A DNA stretch of 64,000 bases from Mytilus californianus (Eukaryota): contig NW_026262723.1 of assembly GCF_021869535.1 (NCBI RefSeq), positions 80,786,001 through 80,850,000 of the forward strand, read 5' to 3'. The notes below the pieces were generated by a model. That model was not told where the DNA came from and searched no databases. It saw only the letters and a list, made by a program, of their open reading frames with translations. The position numbers were made by a program, and so were the translations under genes. Below are positions 23,475-36,964 of the stretch, piece after piece. Numbering within the stretch: the first letter of the stretch is position 1; each line of letters starts with the position of its first letter.

Positions 23475-26130
23475 TTCTGAAATCTAGCCTCAAAGCTAAC
23501 ATCTTAAATGTAAGATCAGTATTACAAAAATGGCCTTCTTGCTTTTACCAAGAGTATAAAACTTCTTACCGCTTGGTAATTCTACATGTGCAATAACTTG
23601 ATCTGTAAAATCGCCAGCTTTTTCGTTTAGTGTCCTAGGTATCCAAACTATATCAATATTGACATTGTACTTCAAACATGCGCTAAATATGTCCAACGCT
23701 AAATTTTGTAAAATAGTTTTTGTACTGCCCTTGCTAACAATGCTCACAACATTCTGGTTATCTGTAAACCATTTGACCTTTTTTCCAGATATAAAATTAA
23801 TTAATGACAGCAAAACTTTCTTAACCGCTGAAAGTTCCTTCCAAGTTGAACTATTACTACGTTCTGATTCAACCCAGATACCATGTGCAATGTTTTCTGG
23901 TGTTTCTACAATATAACCCCCAAATAGATATAAGAAGATGTGGTATGAGTGCCAATGAGACAACTCTCCATCCAAGTCAAAATTTATAAAAGTAAACCAT
24001 TATAGGTCACAGTACGGTCTTCAACACGGAGCATTGGCTCACACCAAACAGTAAGCTATAAAGGGCCCCAAAAAATAACTAGTGTAAAACCATTCAAACG
24101 GGAAAACCAACGGTCTAATCTATATAAAAAACGAGAAACGAGAAACACTTATGAACCACATCAATAAACGACAACTACTGAACATCAGATTCCTGACTTA
24201 GGACAGGTGCAAACAAATGCAGCGGGTTTAAACGTTTTAATGGTACCAAACCTCAGCCTTTTTCTGAAACAATAGTGTAACATCACAACATAGAAAGACA
24301 CACTATAAAATATCAACTGAAATAGCTTAACTCAATCAAAGGACATATTAACACCATTGAACATACACTGAACAAATAAATTTGACCTATGACACAATGT
24401 AAATACAAAATAAATAAACTAAGGGAAGAATAATAAAAGTAACATGTTATATCGGTAAGAAATGTTAAACAATTAAAGAAAAACAATATGCTCGAACAAA
24501 AATACCATCCATTTGCAATAACTTTAAACAAAGGTAAATGAAAATAATTTTGTTGTTAGGTATACCTGTACAGTACCAATAGAGAAAGGAAATATTTTTA
24601 CAAAACAAATAATTTTGAATACAAAATAAATAAACTAAGGGAAGAATAATAAAAGTAACATGTTATATCGGTAAGAAATGTTAAACAATTAAAGAAAAAC
24701 AATATGCTCGAACAAAAATACCATCCATTTGCAATAACTTTAAACACAGGTAAATGAAAATAATTTTGTATCACTAGCGTCACTATAGATAATACTATGA
24801 CATGATTCATCAACACTAAAATGTTTTACATTAACTTCACTAATATACAGTTTCCAGAATTGTAACTGTTCAGTACTAGATTCAGAATGTTTAATATAAG
24901 AATACCAAGACGCAGATGTGTTCACGTCTATAGTTAAATGTTTAGTCATTAAATAAACTAAATTTCCAATAACTAAGTATGTAGATATTATCTGACCTAC
25001 AACAGATGCAACTTTTTTCACGTACACGCTTTTAGGCCCAATTAAACAAGATATAATGTCATCAATAGAATGTATCATCTTATCTATTCTATTATCTGGT
25101 ATTTTATAAAAGCCATACTCTGTATCAAAAAATGTTCCTAACCAAACCACACGTTTAGTAGGTTCCCACAATGATTTTTCGGCCTTAGGTACAAAGCCAC
25201 TTTTAACTAAATCTAGCTTAACTTGTTCTGACACAATCTTACACATATCTTTATCTTGTTCAATACCTAACCCATCATCAAGATACATAATGACTTGTTT
25301 ACCTTCAGATCGCCATTTCTTTACAAGCGGCCTAGTCAGTTTAGTAAAAAGAAAACAAGCTGTACTTAATCCAAATGGTAAAACAAGAAATTTGAAAAAT
25401 GTAGGACATCCATAAATGGTCCATGAAAAACCTAAATACTCTGTGTGTGGTTCAAAAATATCAACATGGTGATAAGCTGAGTGAACATCAAACTTAAACA
25501 TAGAATAGTTCAATTTAATATGCTGTTGAGCAGTTCTCATACCTCAAATTTAACGCTCTGTTTCCATAAATGTTCATTAACCGCTCTCAAATCAAGTATC
25601 AATCTTTTCTTTGAATTAGATTGAACTGATACAGTAAGAGGATTAACAACAAAAGGTCGCTTAACACACTGAACTATCAAACCTCTATGTAATAAATCCT
25701 GAATAGCTGTATGCACAAAATCGGAATTTTTTAAAGCTGATACATTGTTATATAAATACGTAGACGGAGGAATAGAATAAAATGGTAACTTATAACCATC
25801 TCTTATAGTGTCAATAATATAATCATAAGCACCAATATTTATCCAAAATTGGATATTTTCCTTCAGCCTACCCTTAACAATTATATCAGTACCATCTTGC
25901 TCATATTCGAAATAATCATGTGTAAAATTTTGTTCAGACAAATTTTCTAAAGAAATTGTGTCAAAATTATACTCATCTTTTACAAAACTAGTTTCTTTTG
26001 TGTGATGCTGCTGTCTTGTTGTTTTGGAAGGGGCAGTTAACTCTCCAGTGCTTGTACGACCCACAGTTGAAGCATGGTCCCCGTTGAGATTTTCCAGCAT
26101 ACTGGTCTTGGGCATACGGGAAACTTCCAT
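23475..26130 (-). pseudogene. pol: pol: RT plus RNase H; frameshift near 25540, insertion 23924-24766, deletion after NEKA
   Basis: KKRLILDLR, VLPFGL, YLDDG, IIYSDASDT|FGGY, SSTWKEL, FTDNQN, WIPR..NEKA, C-terminus ..MLALRLDFRK. Confidence 0.9.
23924..24766 (+). mobile_element. Family-A repeat inserted in RNase H, with an internal ~150-bp duplication
   Basis: Same subfamily as 10966; 24401-24552 repeated at ~24617-24768; splits SDASDT|(G)FGGY. Confidence 0.8.
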
Positions 26131-26723
26131 ACCAAGACGGCTGGCCCCCTCGAAAGGGCTGTTGAGGATTGAAGCTAGGGTTGGCGGTGGAAGGAACCTG
26201 CTGTTGTTTAGGAGCTGGTTTGCTCTTTGCCTTTTTCTTCCTAATGGCCCTGTTTTCAGCTCTGATTATCTTGGACTCGTCTTCTGAATCGCTAGCAATT
26301 GGGTTTGCCTCGTACTGGCGAGCGGTGTCCCATCCCCCATCAGAAGTGTCCGCGATCTTTATTAACTTATTTCTTTGTTTAAGCCTATCGGTACATGATG
26401 CAATAATGTCTCTGGCATAGTCAACTTTGCCATTGTCAATAGCCCACAGAGCCTGGGTTAAATCTTCTAAATTTTCGGTATTACCATTGAACTGAATTTT
26501 ATTACCTTCAGAACGCCATTTATACTGGGAGTCCGACTTCAACTTCTTGACTTGAGATTTCATACATTGGTTTGTTCCGTGGATTTCGTCACGCAAACTA
26601 TATATAATTAATCTTTTCGCCGATTTTGGTGTCCACAAGAACTTCAATATCCTGCTTTTGACGATTAACTGCGTCTAAAACTGTACGCAAAGATATTTCT
26701 TCAGAGGGTGTATCTGAATCCAT
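25988..26723 (-). pseudogene. gag: gag with CCHC zinc knuckle (one frameshift near 26610)
   Basis: MDSDTPSEE.. start at 26723; RNKLIKIADTS..GW.T..QY..NPIASDSEDE; CFNCGSYKHWRVNC. Confidence 0.85.
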
Positions 26724-26731
26724 GTTTGGTA

Positions 26732-26884
26732 TTAACTGGGAAACACGTCTAATCGAATCGGCCCTGTCGTGCTGAATGGTTATATCCAATGAAGCGCGGG
26801 AATACAAATAACGGTCTATGGGCAGACAACTAGAAGAAATTAATTTCAATCTAATTCAGTTCCTTCAAACGGTTGAAGTTACAT
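26732..26884 (-). repeat. Split direct repeat A1 (twin A2 at 19893-20045)
   Basis: 153 bp, 2 mismatches between copies. Confidence 0.95.
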
Positions 26885-28370
26885 GTTTTTCGTATATATC
26901 TGGAATAACTCTCATTTCAATTTCGTATCCAATCATAGACAATACAAAAGATTCAATAATTAAAACTTTTCCCGTAAATGTGAGATTTCTTGATTTCCAA
27001 ACCTCCATACAGCTTTTTATTTTATTTATTTTTTCTAACCAAATTTGATCTAAGTCCACCCCATACCCATGTTGAACCCCTAATGCTTTCACAGGCCGCT
27101 TAGACCATTTAATTTTGTTAAATTTTGGTTTTTTATTTCGCCACTTGCCTAAATACATACCCACAGTCTTTTCCATATTCATTCTAGCCCCTGAAGCGTT
27201 TTCGTACAGTTTTAAAGTTTTAAATGTTTCTTCGATAGACTCCTCACTTTTATTAAAGAGTTGAGTATCGTCAGCAAACATAGTAAGCTTTGTTTCAATA
27301 TAGTCCCCAGTTCTAGTTTGGAGTTTTATTCCTTCTATATTAGGGTTGTTTCTAATTGATGCTGCAAGTGGTTCTGCTTGCAGATCTACAAGAATATATA
27401 ACATAGGAGCAATTGTGCATCCTTGACGAATTGAACGAATTATGCTTACAAATCTAGAAGTAAACCCATTTGTATGAATACACGTCTTAGCGTTAATGAA
27501 AAGCATTTTTATCCAACTCCTGAATTTTTCCCCAAACCCAAATTTTAATAAACAAAAATCTATTCATTCCCACTCCGCCCTATCAAATGCTTTTTGTTGG
27601 TTCAAGAATAATATCGCACCCTCCTCATTTTCTAATTAACAAAAATCTATTACATCTTGCAGTAATATATTGCCTTGAAAAATGTTGCGCCCTTTGACAA
27701 ACCCTTTTTGATCCAAAACAATTATTTGCGGTAGTACATTTTTTAACCTTTCCGCGAGTACTTTGGAAATAATTTTATAGTCCGTGTTCAAGAGCGTTAT
27801 AGGACGCCAATTTTGTATTTCTTCTCTCCCCCCGGACTTACACAGAAGCGTTATCATACCTCTGTATTGAGATTCACAGAGCAAATTGTTGTCGAAAATG
27901 TCCTTAATAGCCGCCACGAAGTCGTCGCTTATCAAATACCAATACGTTTTGTAAAATTCATTCACAATTCCGTCTTCCCCAGGGGATTTATCAAGTTTCA
28001 AAATTTTAACGGCCTTACTTATTTCATCCAAAGTTATTTCCATTTCACACATTTTTTTTTATTTTCTTCACTTAGTTTATGATCTATATTCTGTAATAGA
28101 TTTCTGCAACATCCCTATCCCACCCATTGGACGTAAATAATTGTTTGTAGAAAGATACTTGTTCTTCTAGGATAGATTCTATATCATCTTTATACCTTCC
28201 GTCTGAACCTTTTATTCTAGTCCATAATTTACCGCGCCCCTCTTTTTTCGAGTTTAAAGAAGTACCCTGTAGATTTTTCGCCTTTCTCGTACCAATTAAC
28301 CTTAGACCTAATTCTGACTGCCTCGGCTTTTTTGGCATAATAATCTTTAATTTTAACATTCAAATTATAA
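26885..28370 (-). mobile_element. L1/Tx1-clade LINE ORF2 RT domain (5'-truncated, frameshifted)
   Basis: KSPGEDG, NWRPITLLNTDYKI, Q.KAFDR, IRQGC..AP, FADDT; continues in frame into the 19656 segment. Confidence 0.9.
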
Positions 28371-28512
28371 ATATTGTAAATAAAAATCCCGTTATTACCT
28401 GGCGATTTAACATGTACAGAAATTGTTCTACCATTACTATCACGTCCGGTTTCAGTGATTTCAAATTTATTTTTTTCAGAAAAAAAGAATCGCTACCCCT
28501 TTTGAATTAGTA

Positions 28513-31500
28513 GGGTGCCCAATGTCCAAAAAGTCCTCTAGTTAACGAGTTTAAGTTAACGGATAACACACGGATGATTTTTTTGCACATTATAGGAAAA
28601 TCATTATATTTTACAATCATGATTGTCGTCGTAAGTTCCCGTGGTCACGATTTTCTAAATTTCGTGTTTTTTTAGGGTACACCCAGATACCGTATTGTAC
28701 GGGGAATCTTTAACATGAAAGATAAAATTATTGTGTACTTTGTTGGTAGTTAAAACAGTACCTATAATATAGTTTATATATTAAATATATCATATAACGA
28801 AATCGAAAAGTATTTAAGTGATTTTGATATAAGTATTTCAGCATTTTAGTAAGAGTAAAATTTTACCCGAAATTTACCCTATTTTCATCGAAAGCAAAAT
28901 TATTACATCACAATATTTTTTACTCTGATCTAAGCAATAAGACACAGTGCATGTGTGTGCCAAATTGCATGCGTGAAATAAAAATCGTTTTGAAGAAATT
29001 AGCAATTAAAAACACAAATTAAGTCAACATTTTGGTATTGATTAAAAACGGATTATCTCGTGTCATTAATCATTTTGTTGCTTACACTATTAGGTCATTA
29101 ACAAGGACAGAGGTCACTCAAAACATTACTCTTTTTTGCTTGTTGTGTGGTTGATTAATTTGTTGTGAATAGCCAGCTAACTTTGTAGATTGTCACTTTG
29201 TTCGGCGAAATCTGTTTTGTGTCTGTTTTTCAAAACTTTAAACTTTTTATTGAATAAATATTTTGTTATAATTGTAGTATAAGAACCAAATCGGTCGGTT
29301 TTGTTTCACACCCGGAATATGGCACATCAAAAGTCTTGTATGATGTTTTCGACATAAATCCCTCCGAGGCTCGGTGGGAACGAAAATATACCACCGTTCG
29401 TGCAACAAAATAAAAACAGGTACAACAGACAGCAACCAATGGCAACCGTTGAATTGCAGGCTCCTTATTTTGGACAGACACATACAGAATTTAGAGGGGT
29501 TAAACATGTTTGTGATCCTCCAACCCTCCCCTGACCTGGACAATGGTATAACAACACAGCATAAGAAAAATCTGCTGAAAACAGTTTGAAATGGCTTGAC
29601 TTATCAAATCGGCATGAAGCACGAAACAACTAACATGAAGACAAAAAAACACTAAGTACCGATATAATAGTACTCGCCGTTAGGGTAGAACATTTTATAT
29701 TCTGAAGAAAGGGATGGGGCTGGCGGCGCGAAAATTTATTTTCACTTTTGAACACATTCATATCCTCAACTATCCTGCATTTCATGTTGAAGAGTGTTCA
29801 TTCTCATCCTTTCTTGTGCAAAGTCAATTATTTCAGTTTATATCAGGCCTAGTAATTCATTTTCAAAATCCTCATTCCCTCCCTGTTTTCGAAATCAAAT
29901 GGGTGTTCCCTTACTGAAAACTAATGAAAGGACGTCATCAATAGTCTGAGAACCCGACCGTGCGAGGGCTGTATAGCCAGTGAAGGTCGTTAAAACTTCC
30001 ATCATCATAGTCTGAGAAATGTATGATCATAAACATCATTACCGTAAAAACTAGCTTTTGTTATAAATCAGGCCGTTAGTTTTTTTTTCAAATGAATTCT
30101 TTCATTTTTTTTCATAACTGGCCTTTTTATAGCCGACCATACGGTATGAGTTTTTCGCATTGTCGAAGGCCGTACGGTTGCCTATACTTGCTTGCTTCAC
30201 ATCTCCTAATTTTTATATTATACAACAAGTTTTACATAAAATTAACACTATCTATGTTCCATGTAGATGAGGTAAGGTCAGATGAACTCTGCTACAAAAT
30301 AATGTATACCTTGTTACCATTCCATACACCAAATATATTTAACCCACTACTATCTGAGACTGTACGGACTTGACGGTGAAATTAGGTCGAGGTCAGGTGA
30401 ATCATGTCTGACGGTCATGACTTGACCACTGAAACTTAACCTTGTTCTGATCCGTGAAATTATTTCGAGGTCAGGTGAATCATGTCTGATGGTCATGTAG
30501 ACCTTGCAAGGATACCATATATTAGTAACCAAATATAGTTATCCTAGAACTCATGATAATTGAGACCTTCACATGACGAAAAAAGCTATACAGTTTTTTA
30601 GCAGTCACTTAACCATGAATATGAGGTCAAGGATATGACGGAAACTTCGTATCACAATGGATCTATATACAAAGTATGAATCATCCAGTTCCTCTGCCCT
30701 CTGAAATATAAAGCTATACAAACAGTTTACGGTGTTGCCGCCACCATTATCAGATTGTATTCTGTATTCCTCGCATTCTGCTTCTTGCGTCGAATGCGAT
30801 TTAAAAGAAAAAGAACATCTGAAATTAGCTCTCTTACCTAAAGCTAGTCGGTGGGCTTTCAACTTAACAGTAGACAATGAAACGTAATAGCTACTACTAG
30901 CCCGGCAATTTTTCTATGTTGTTTCGCTCTTATTAAAATTCTGATCTTTATTAACTAGCATGCTCTTATATATAAGCTCAAATGAGGATAACGAAATCAG
31001 AGATCTATATTTTAATTAGATTGATGTTGTTTACAAGTGTTTGTAAAATACATCGATGCTGTACAAAACTTTCTTTTTGTCGATAATCTTTAACTTCATG
31101 TCAATTGTAGGCCAATTTATGTTCGATAAGTCATGTACATTACACTTGATATAAGTGTGTACGATGGAGTGATTAGCCTGCTGTTTCTAATTCCCATTTT
31201 GTTTTCATAACTTGTAACAGAAACCCTCCCCCTTTTTCACCGTTTGCAGTTTGGTTTTTTTTATTTCTGTAAAGGAAATATATACTCAGACCTGCTAATT
31301 CAATCAATTCTGCGTTAATATTCATCAGTTTTGGAACTAAGTACTATTTGATGTGCTTCCACGTTCACCAAAAGAAAATTGGATATTTACCCAGAAAATC
31401 ATGACGAACACCTTCTATCAAAAGACGGAAAAAAATTACATTTTGGAGGGTAACTTATAAATGTTAATATCTAAAAAAACATCTCTAAAGATCACTTATA

Positions 31501-31929
31501 TCGAATCTTATGTAAAAATTCCGATTTTGGAACTTTTAAAAGGTCAAGGTCACTATTATTTAACAGCTCAATGAAAATTGTAAATGTGCACCTTTAAGTA
31601 CAAATGTCAATCTCGAACCATATTTGGCAATAAAATTATCAAATTATTCCTAAATATAGAAACTATAGTTATAATCCTTTGAATTATTTGAATTTATTTT
31701 GTTATAAACGCAAATATGTAGGGGTGGCCAGCTGTCTAAACGTGACTCTACGTTTTCCTTGAAATTTTAGATTTGACATTTGACCCAAATTTAAGAAAAT
31801 CGTGACCACTGTAGACAACGACGACATCAATTTTTCGACGAGGCTTGTTCACCTCTTTCCAATGATATAAAATATAGCCGTGTGTTATTCCGTTAACCCA
31901 AATCGATTAAATTTGTTGACTGGGCACCC
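28513..31929. mobile_element. 3.4-kb non-autonomous TIR element flanked by TA
   Basis: ta|gggtgccca ... tgggcaccc|ta; imperfect inverted similarity over ~150 bp (gttaacgg.taacacacgg, gtcgtcg, gtggtcacgattttct); interior holds family-A and HINE-like repeats. Confidence 0.7.
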
Positions 31930-34900
31930 TACCAAATTACTCGATCCATGATTCCAAAAACTTTCCCCCTTCCATTCATTTTTCCATTTCGATTCGACAT
32001 CGCTAGAGCTATGTGTTTCTTGCAAGCATATTACATCAATATTTTTTCTTTTTACACCAATCGTTTTTTATTGTCTACCATACCATTGACATTTAAACTA
32101 ACAATAGATATTGACATAATACAAAGTTATAGTGAAATAATGCTTTGTTTTGTTCATTAATTTTACGTGCTATATATATATGTAGAATATTCATACACAA
32201 ATATATGAATAGAAAGTCTCACGCAATTACAATCGTTTCATTCTGTTCGTACATATGACACCGTCACAGTTCAGTGGGGTGAGCATACACCCGTCACAGC
32301 TACTTTAACTATAAATAAATAAACACCTTCATTCATTTTTCCAACTTTTGATCTAGGCCGAAACCTACATGGGTTACTAAAAATAATCATAGAAATTTTG
32401 TTTTCTTCGATCAACATGGTAAATAAACATGTTGTATACTTTACAAGTGTGGGCACAGATCAGTGTGGATAGTATGTTTGGATGTTTGACAGTGTTTTCT
32501 GACAAAAAGAGTTCTCTGATTTTCCCCATAGGGTTCTATGTTGAACTGTTGTGCCCAGTGACAGTCAACCTGTACCAAACACTGAAAATAGCAGTCTTAT
32601 ATTCAATATTTCGTTTTACTGTTCAATATATATAAGAAAATGTGTTACGAGTGCCAATGAGACAACTCTCCATCCAAGTCACACTTTGTAAAAGTAAACC
32701 ATTATCAGGTCAATCAAGACTTGTCATGTAGGAGACTACTTTAAATCAGTGCTGACCGTTCATAGATTTTATTTAGCTAGACATTGCTTTTAATATCAAA
32801 TCTACATATTGGCAAACGTACTATGATTGCTTCCTGTAAATAATATGTACATTCCTGAAAATAAATTTTGTGCATGTGCAACGTTACATTGGAGGATTTC
32901 CTTTCAACATTTTAACTTTGAAATAACTTCTATGTGAATAGATTAACATTTTAAAAAATGATCTGTTAAGGGAACACAGCTAGCTGAGTGTGCTCAAACG
33001 CTGGAGATATTTACGTAAAGTAGCAAAAGATTTTAAAGGATTGCCAAATTATTCCAATAAAATAAGTTTCAAAATTTGATTTGGGATAGCAGCAAAAACT
33101 TAAAAATAGAGGAGGACCACATTAGGTGCATTTCTGCATGATGTGATTGTAGCATGCATTTAATATTTGTATGGTTCTATTTATGTTCTTTTAAGGTGGT
33201 CATTTCTTACTTTGGTTTGCCCACAAAAAAAACTAAAAATTTGTTCAGGATCTTCCCAGTATCATTAGTAAAAGTTTTTGTTTAAATGTAGAAATTAAAG
33301 ATATATTATGGTTTGATAGTAACGATAATATACCAGATATGGCAGATTCCAATACAGATGCTCATAACTCCTACAAACTGATTAAAATTCTTTAAGATAT
33401 GAACAGGATTGAAGGACAAAAGGATAATAAATATAATCTATACTTAGGAACATTACCGGTATGTATAAGTGAAAGATCATTTACACTCAAGACTCATCAA
33501 CAGGCAGCACAGATGTTAAAAAAAAAGTGTTACAAGACCACCTACATGCATATGTAGCATCATATTTTTAGTAGCACGAGTATCATTGTTTGGTAAATTT
33601 GTGCTTTTTTATTTGGCTTCTGGACAAAAAATGTTTGGCTCAAGAGCAAATGAAATGCTTTAATCTCCCCATAAATGAGAACATTAAATGGATGGTGCAA
33701 CTCCTTTTGCTGACAGTTTTAATCATATTACCTTGCAGCAGATCATGTGCAGATGTGAGTTGTCTGTCAAATCTTTATATCACAAAGAATGCATTTGCAT
33801 AACAATGAATTGAGCTCAAAGCAAAGCACTTTAATAATACACTTGTACAAAAAGCTCAATCCAGTGATATACTTTGTAATAGAGGACTGTCATGAACATT
33901 CTCCTTCATAACCAACAACATGCCAAACATGGATCAGAAGTCCTGAAAGAGACATGTTTTTTTATTTATATTTTATGTACATATACATATCCCAGTTTAA
34001 ACATACAAAGTTGTGGTAAAAACATTCAGTTTCTAGCAAGTAGTTCCTGAACTAATATAATAATATTTGCTGAGTGGCCCTCTTTCTGAAATAAGATCAT
34101 ACTTCCACATAATCATTGTAATTAGGTGACCAAACATTAAAACTATAAAAAGTTATCACTTATCTATCAGTATCTATTTACCATCACAACTGAATCAATA
34201 TATACATATATAAGACTCTGATTGACATCCAGTATTTAACAAACCCCCATTCCTGAAGTCGACATTCAAATCTGACATCACAATAAAAAATCCCTAAAAT
34301 ACACCTCTATTTTGTTGTTCTCAAATTAATGTCACAATAATATTGGCTTTTGTAATTGATGTCTTTTTTACAGACTAGCCACAATGAAATCCAAGTTTTA
34401 TAAAATGTTAGGTTGAACCCAATGCTAAAAAAGTTAAAAAATATAATACTTTAAGTCTTGCAAATACATGTAATAATACATTTCAGCAATCGGCTGTACT
34501 TTTAGTTTTTTATTTTGTCTATTGTTTGAGATTGTGTATTTACCTCTAGAATTGTTTTACATGTAAATTAATAATAATCCTGGTGGCATTTATTTAAATG
34601 AAGGATGAACTTCTTACACCAGAATATTAATAGGTCTTATTGTTATTTTCTGAGGTTTGGCCTTTTAATTTTTAACTGTAACATGCCAATAGACCATGAA
34701 AACCATGATTAAGGTGGTTGACCAACTAATCCCCATTGATGAGATGTTGCTATTCTGATACATGTACAACACACCAAATATTATTGACTTACCAGTACTG
34801 GTTCCCTACAAACTGAACTAATCAGATTTAGCATATAACAGAGCTCCACATAAGAATTCACAAATTGGGGTTTTTACCCATTATTTCAATACTCCAATTC

Positions 34901-35271
34901 ACCATTCAAGCAAATATCAAATTGGGTTTTTAACCACCAAACTCTTTAATGTATTGGATTTTTTCATCATCAATATATTGAATTTAGGCATGTTATAATG
35001 AAGTTATGTCAAACCAAGATGTCAATCCATGATTCAAATAATGTTCTTTCTATATATAAATATATATATACATGTATATGTGATGGCTGTTTTATTTGGT
35101 TTATACCTTGATGAGCAATTGTTCTTTTAATTTGAGTCTTGTTTGTTTTAACTGTTCAGCCAGTTTTGTATTTTCTCTCAAAAGTTTTTAGATTTTTAAG
35201 TAGTACTTGAGAACATTTGATCCTGTAAGACAGTTTTGCCAGTCCTTTCAACTTTTCGCCAGACCTACTTT

Positions 35272-36964
35272 AAATAAACTGCTTCGCTGAGCGCAGCTGG
35301 ATACGCCCGCAGAGGTCCAACCCTGAACAGTTGGGGCAAAAATGGACACAATATTCAAGCTTGATACAGGTCTGAATTTGGATTGTAATTAAATATTTCA
35401 CATATTATAGGTTTCTGAATAAATGTAGTCAAAGAAATTGAAATTGGTTATATATTCAATTAAAGATGTCTTGCTGTTGTGGAATACATAATAAATTTTA
35501 ATAATAAATTTATTTATTAAAGTGTCACATATTGATTGCAATACACTGTGCTGTTGCGCAATACTTAGTAAATCTGTTGTCCGACTATAAACAAATAAAG
35601 TTCAATTAATTCTCAATGTCATATTAGAAATTTATGAAAATCAAAAGGGAGCTTACATCAATAGATATAAACAATTCACAAAAGATTCATGAGAATTGCT
35701 GTCAGCATTTTTGAGTTATAGTCCGAAAACTGAAAATCCCCCCTTTTTAATGAATAAAACCCCAGAACTCAGAAATGTAAAATGTAAAATTTATAAAATT
35801 CTAAAGGGAGCTTACATCAATAAATATAAACAATTCACTAAAGTTTAATAAGAACTGCTGAAAGCATTTTAGAGTTTTTGTCTGAAAACTGGAAAATCCC
35901 CCTTTTTTATGAATAAAACCCTGTAACTCGGAAACGTAAAATCTAAAATTTATAAAAATCGAAAGGGAGCTCATATCAATAGATATCTAAGTTTTATGGT
36001 ACATTTGTAATACATATTGTGTAAAGGTTTCATAATGTTTGGTTGGGGCAATCTTAAGTTACAGAACTGAAATTAACAATTTTGCATTTTCTTTCCATTT
36101 AAAAAGGGGCATAACTCGAGAATGGTTAAAGTGACCCCACCAAAATTCCAACATGATCTGTATTTTGTGGTAATCAGCATTGTGTATAAGTTTGATAACA
36201 TTTGGTTGTGGCTAACTTAAGTTAGAGACAGAAACTAAAAATTTTGCAATTTTTCTATTTATACAGGGGGAGAACTCTAGATCAGTTAATGTGACGCCAT
36301 CAAAATTAAAAATTGATCTGTGTTTTGTGGTAATAAGCATTGTGTATAAGTTTGATAACATTTGGTTGAAAATAACTTAGGTTAGAGAACGGAAACTAAA
36401 AATTTTCCATCTATAAAGGGGCACAACTCTAGATAGAACGGATAGAGTGACGCTACCAAAATTCTAACTTGATCTGTATTTTGTGGTAATCAGCATTGTG
36501 TAAAGTTTGATAACATTTGTATAAGGCAAACTCAAGTTAGAAAATGGAACCTAAAAATTTTGTAATTTTTCCATTTATAAAGGGGCAGAACTCTAGATCA
36601 GTTGTAAGTGACGCCATCAAAATTAAAACTTGATCTGTGTTTTGTGGTAATAAGCATTGTGTATAAGTTTGATAACATTAGGTTGAGGCAAACTAATGTT
36701 AGAGAACGGAAAAAAAACATTCAGCAACTTTTCCATTTGTAAAGGGGCATAACTCTAAAACGGTAAAAGTGACGCCACCAAAAATCAAACTTGATCTGAG
36801 TTTTGTGGTAATAAGCATTGTGTATAAGTTTGATATCATTTGGTTGAGGCAAACTAAAGCTAGGGAACAGAAACCAATTTTTGGGACGTACGTACATGTA
36901 TGTATAGACAGACGGACAAGGGTAAAACTTAATGTCCCCTTCGCTACGGCAGGGGCATTAAAAA
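35272..36964 (+). mobile_element. Long HINE-like element with internal ~180-bp tandem arrays
   Basis: About 5 copies of aaggggcataactc..tgatctgt.ttttgtggtaat.agcattgtgtataagtttg (36100-36870), a second unit type 35600-35990, gaca microsatellite, 3' hairpin gtcccc..ggggc. Confidence 0.75.

Larger units (their letters stand above)
19657..26884 (-). mobile_element. DIRS-order tyrosine-recombinase retrotransposon with split direct repeats (PAT/Ngaro-type architecture)
   Basis: A1 26732-26884, gag, RT-RNaseH, YR, then B1 20046-20156, A2 19893-20045, B2 19657-19767; no TSD. Confidence 0.92.
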
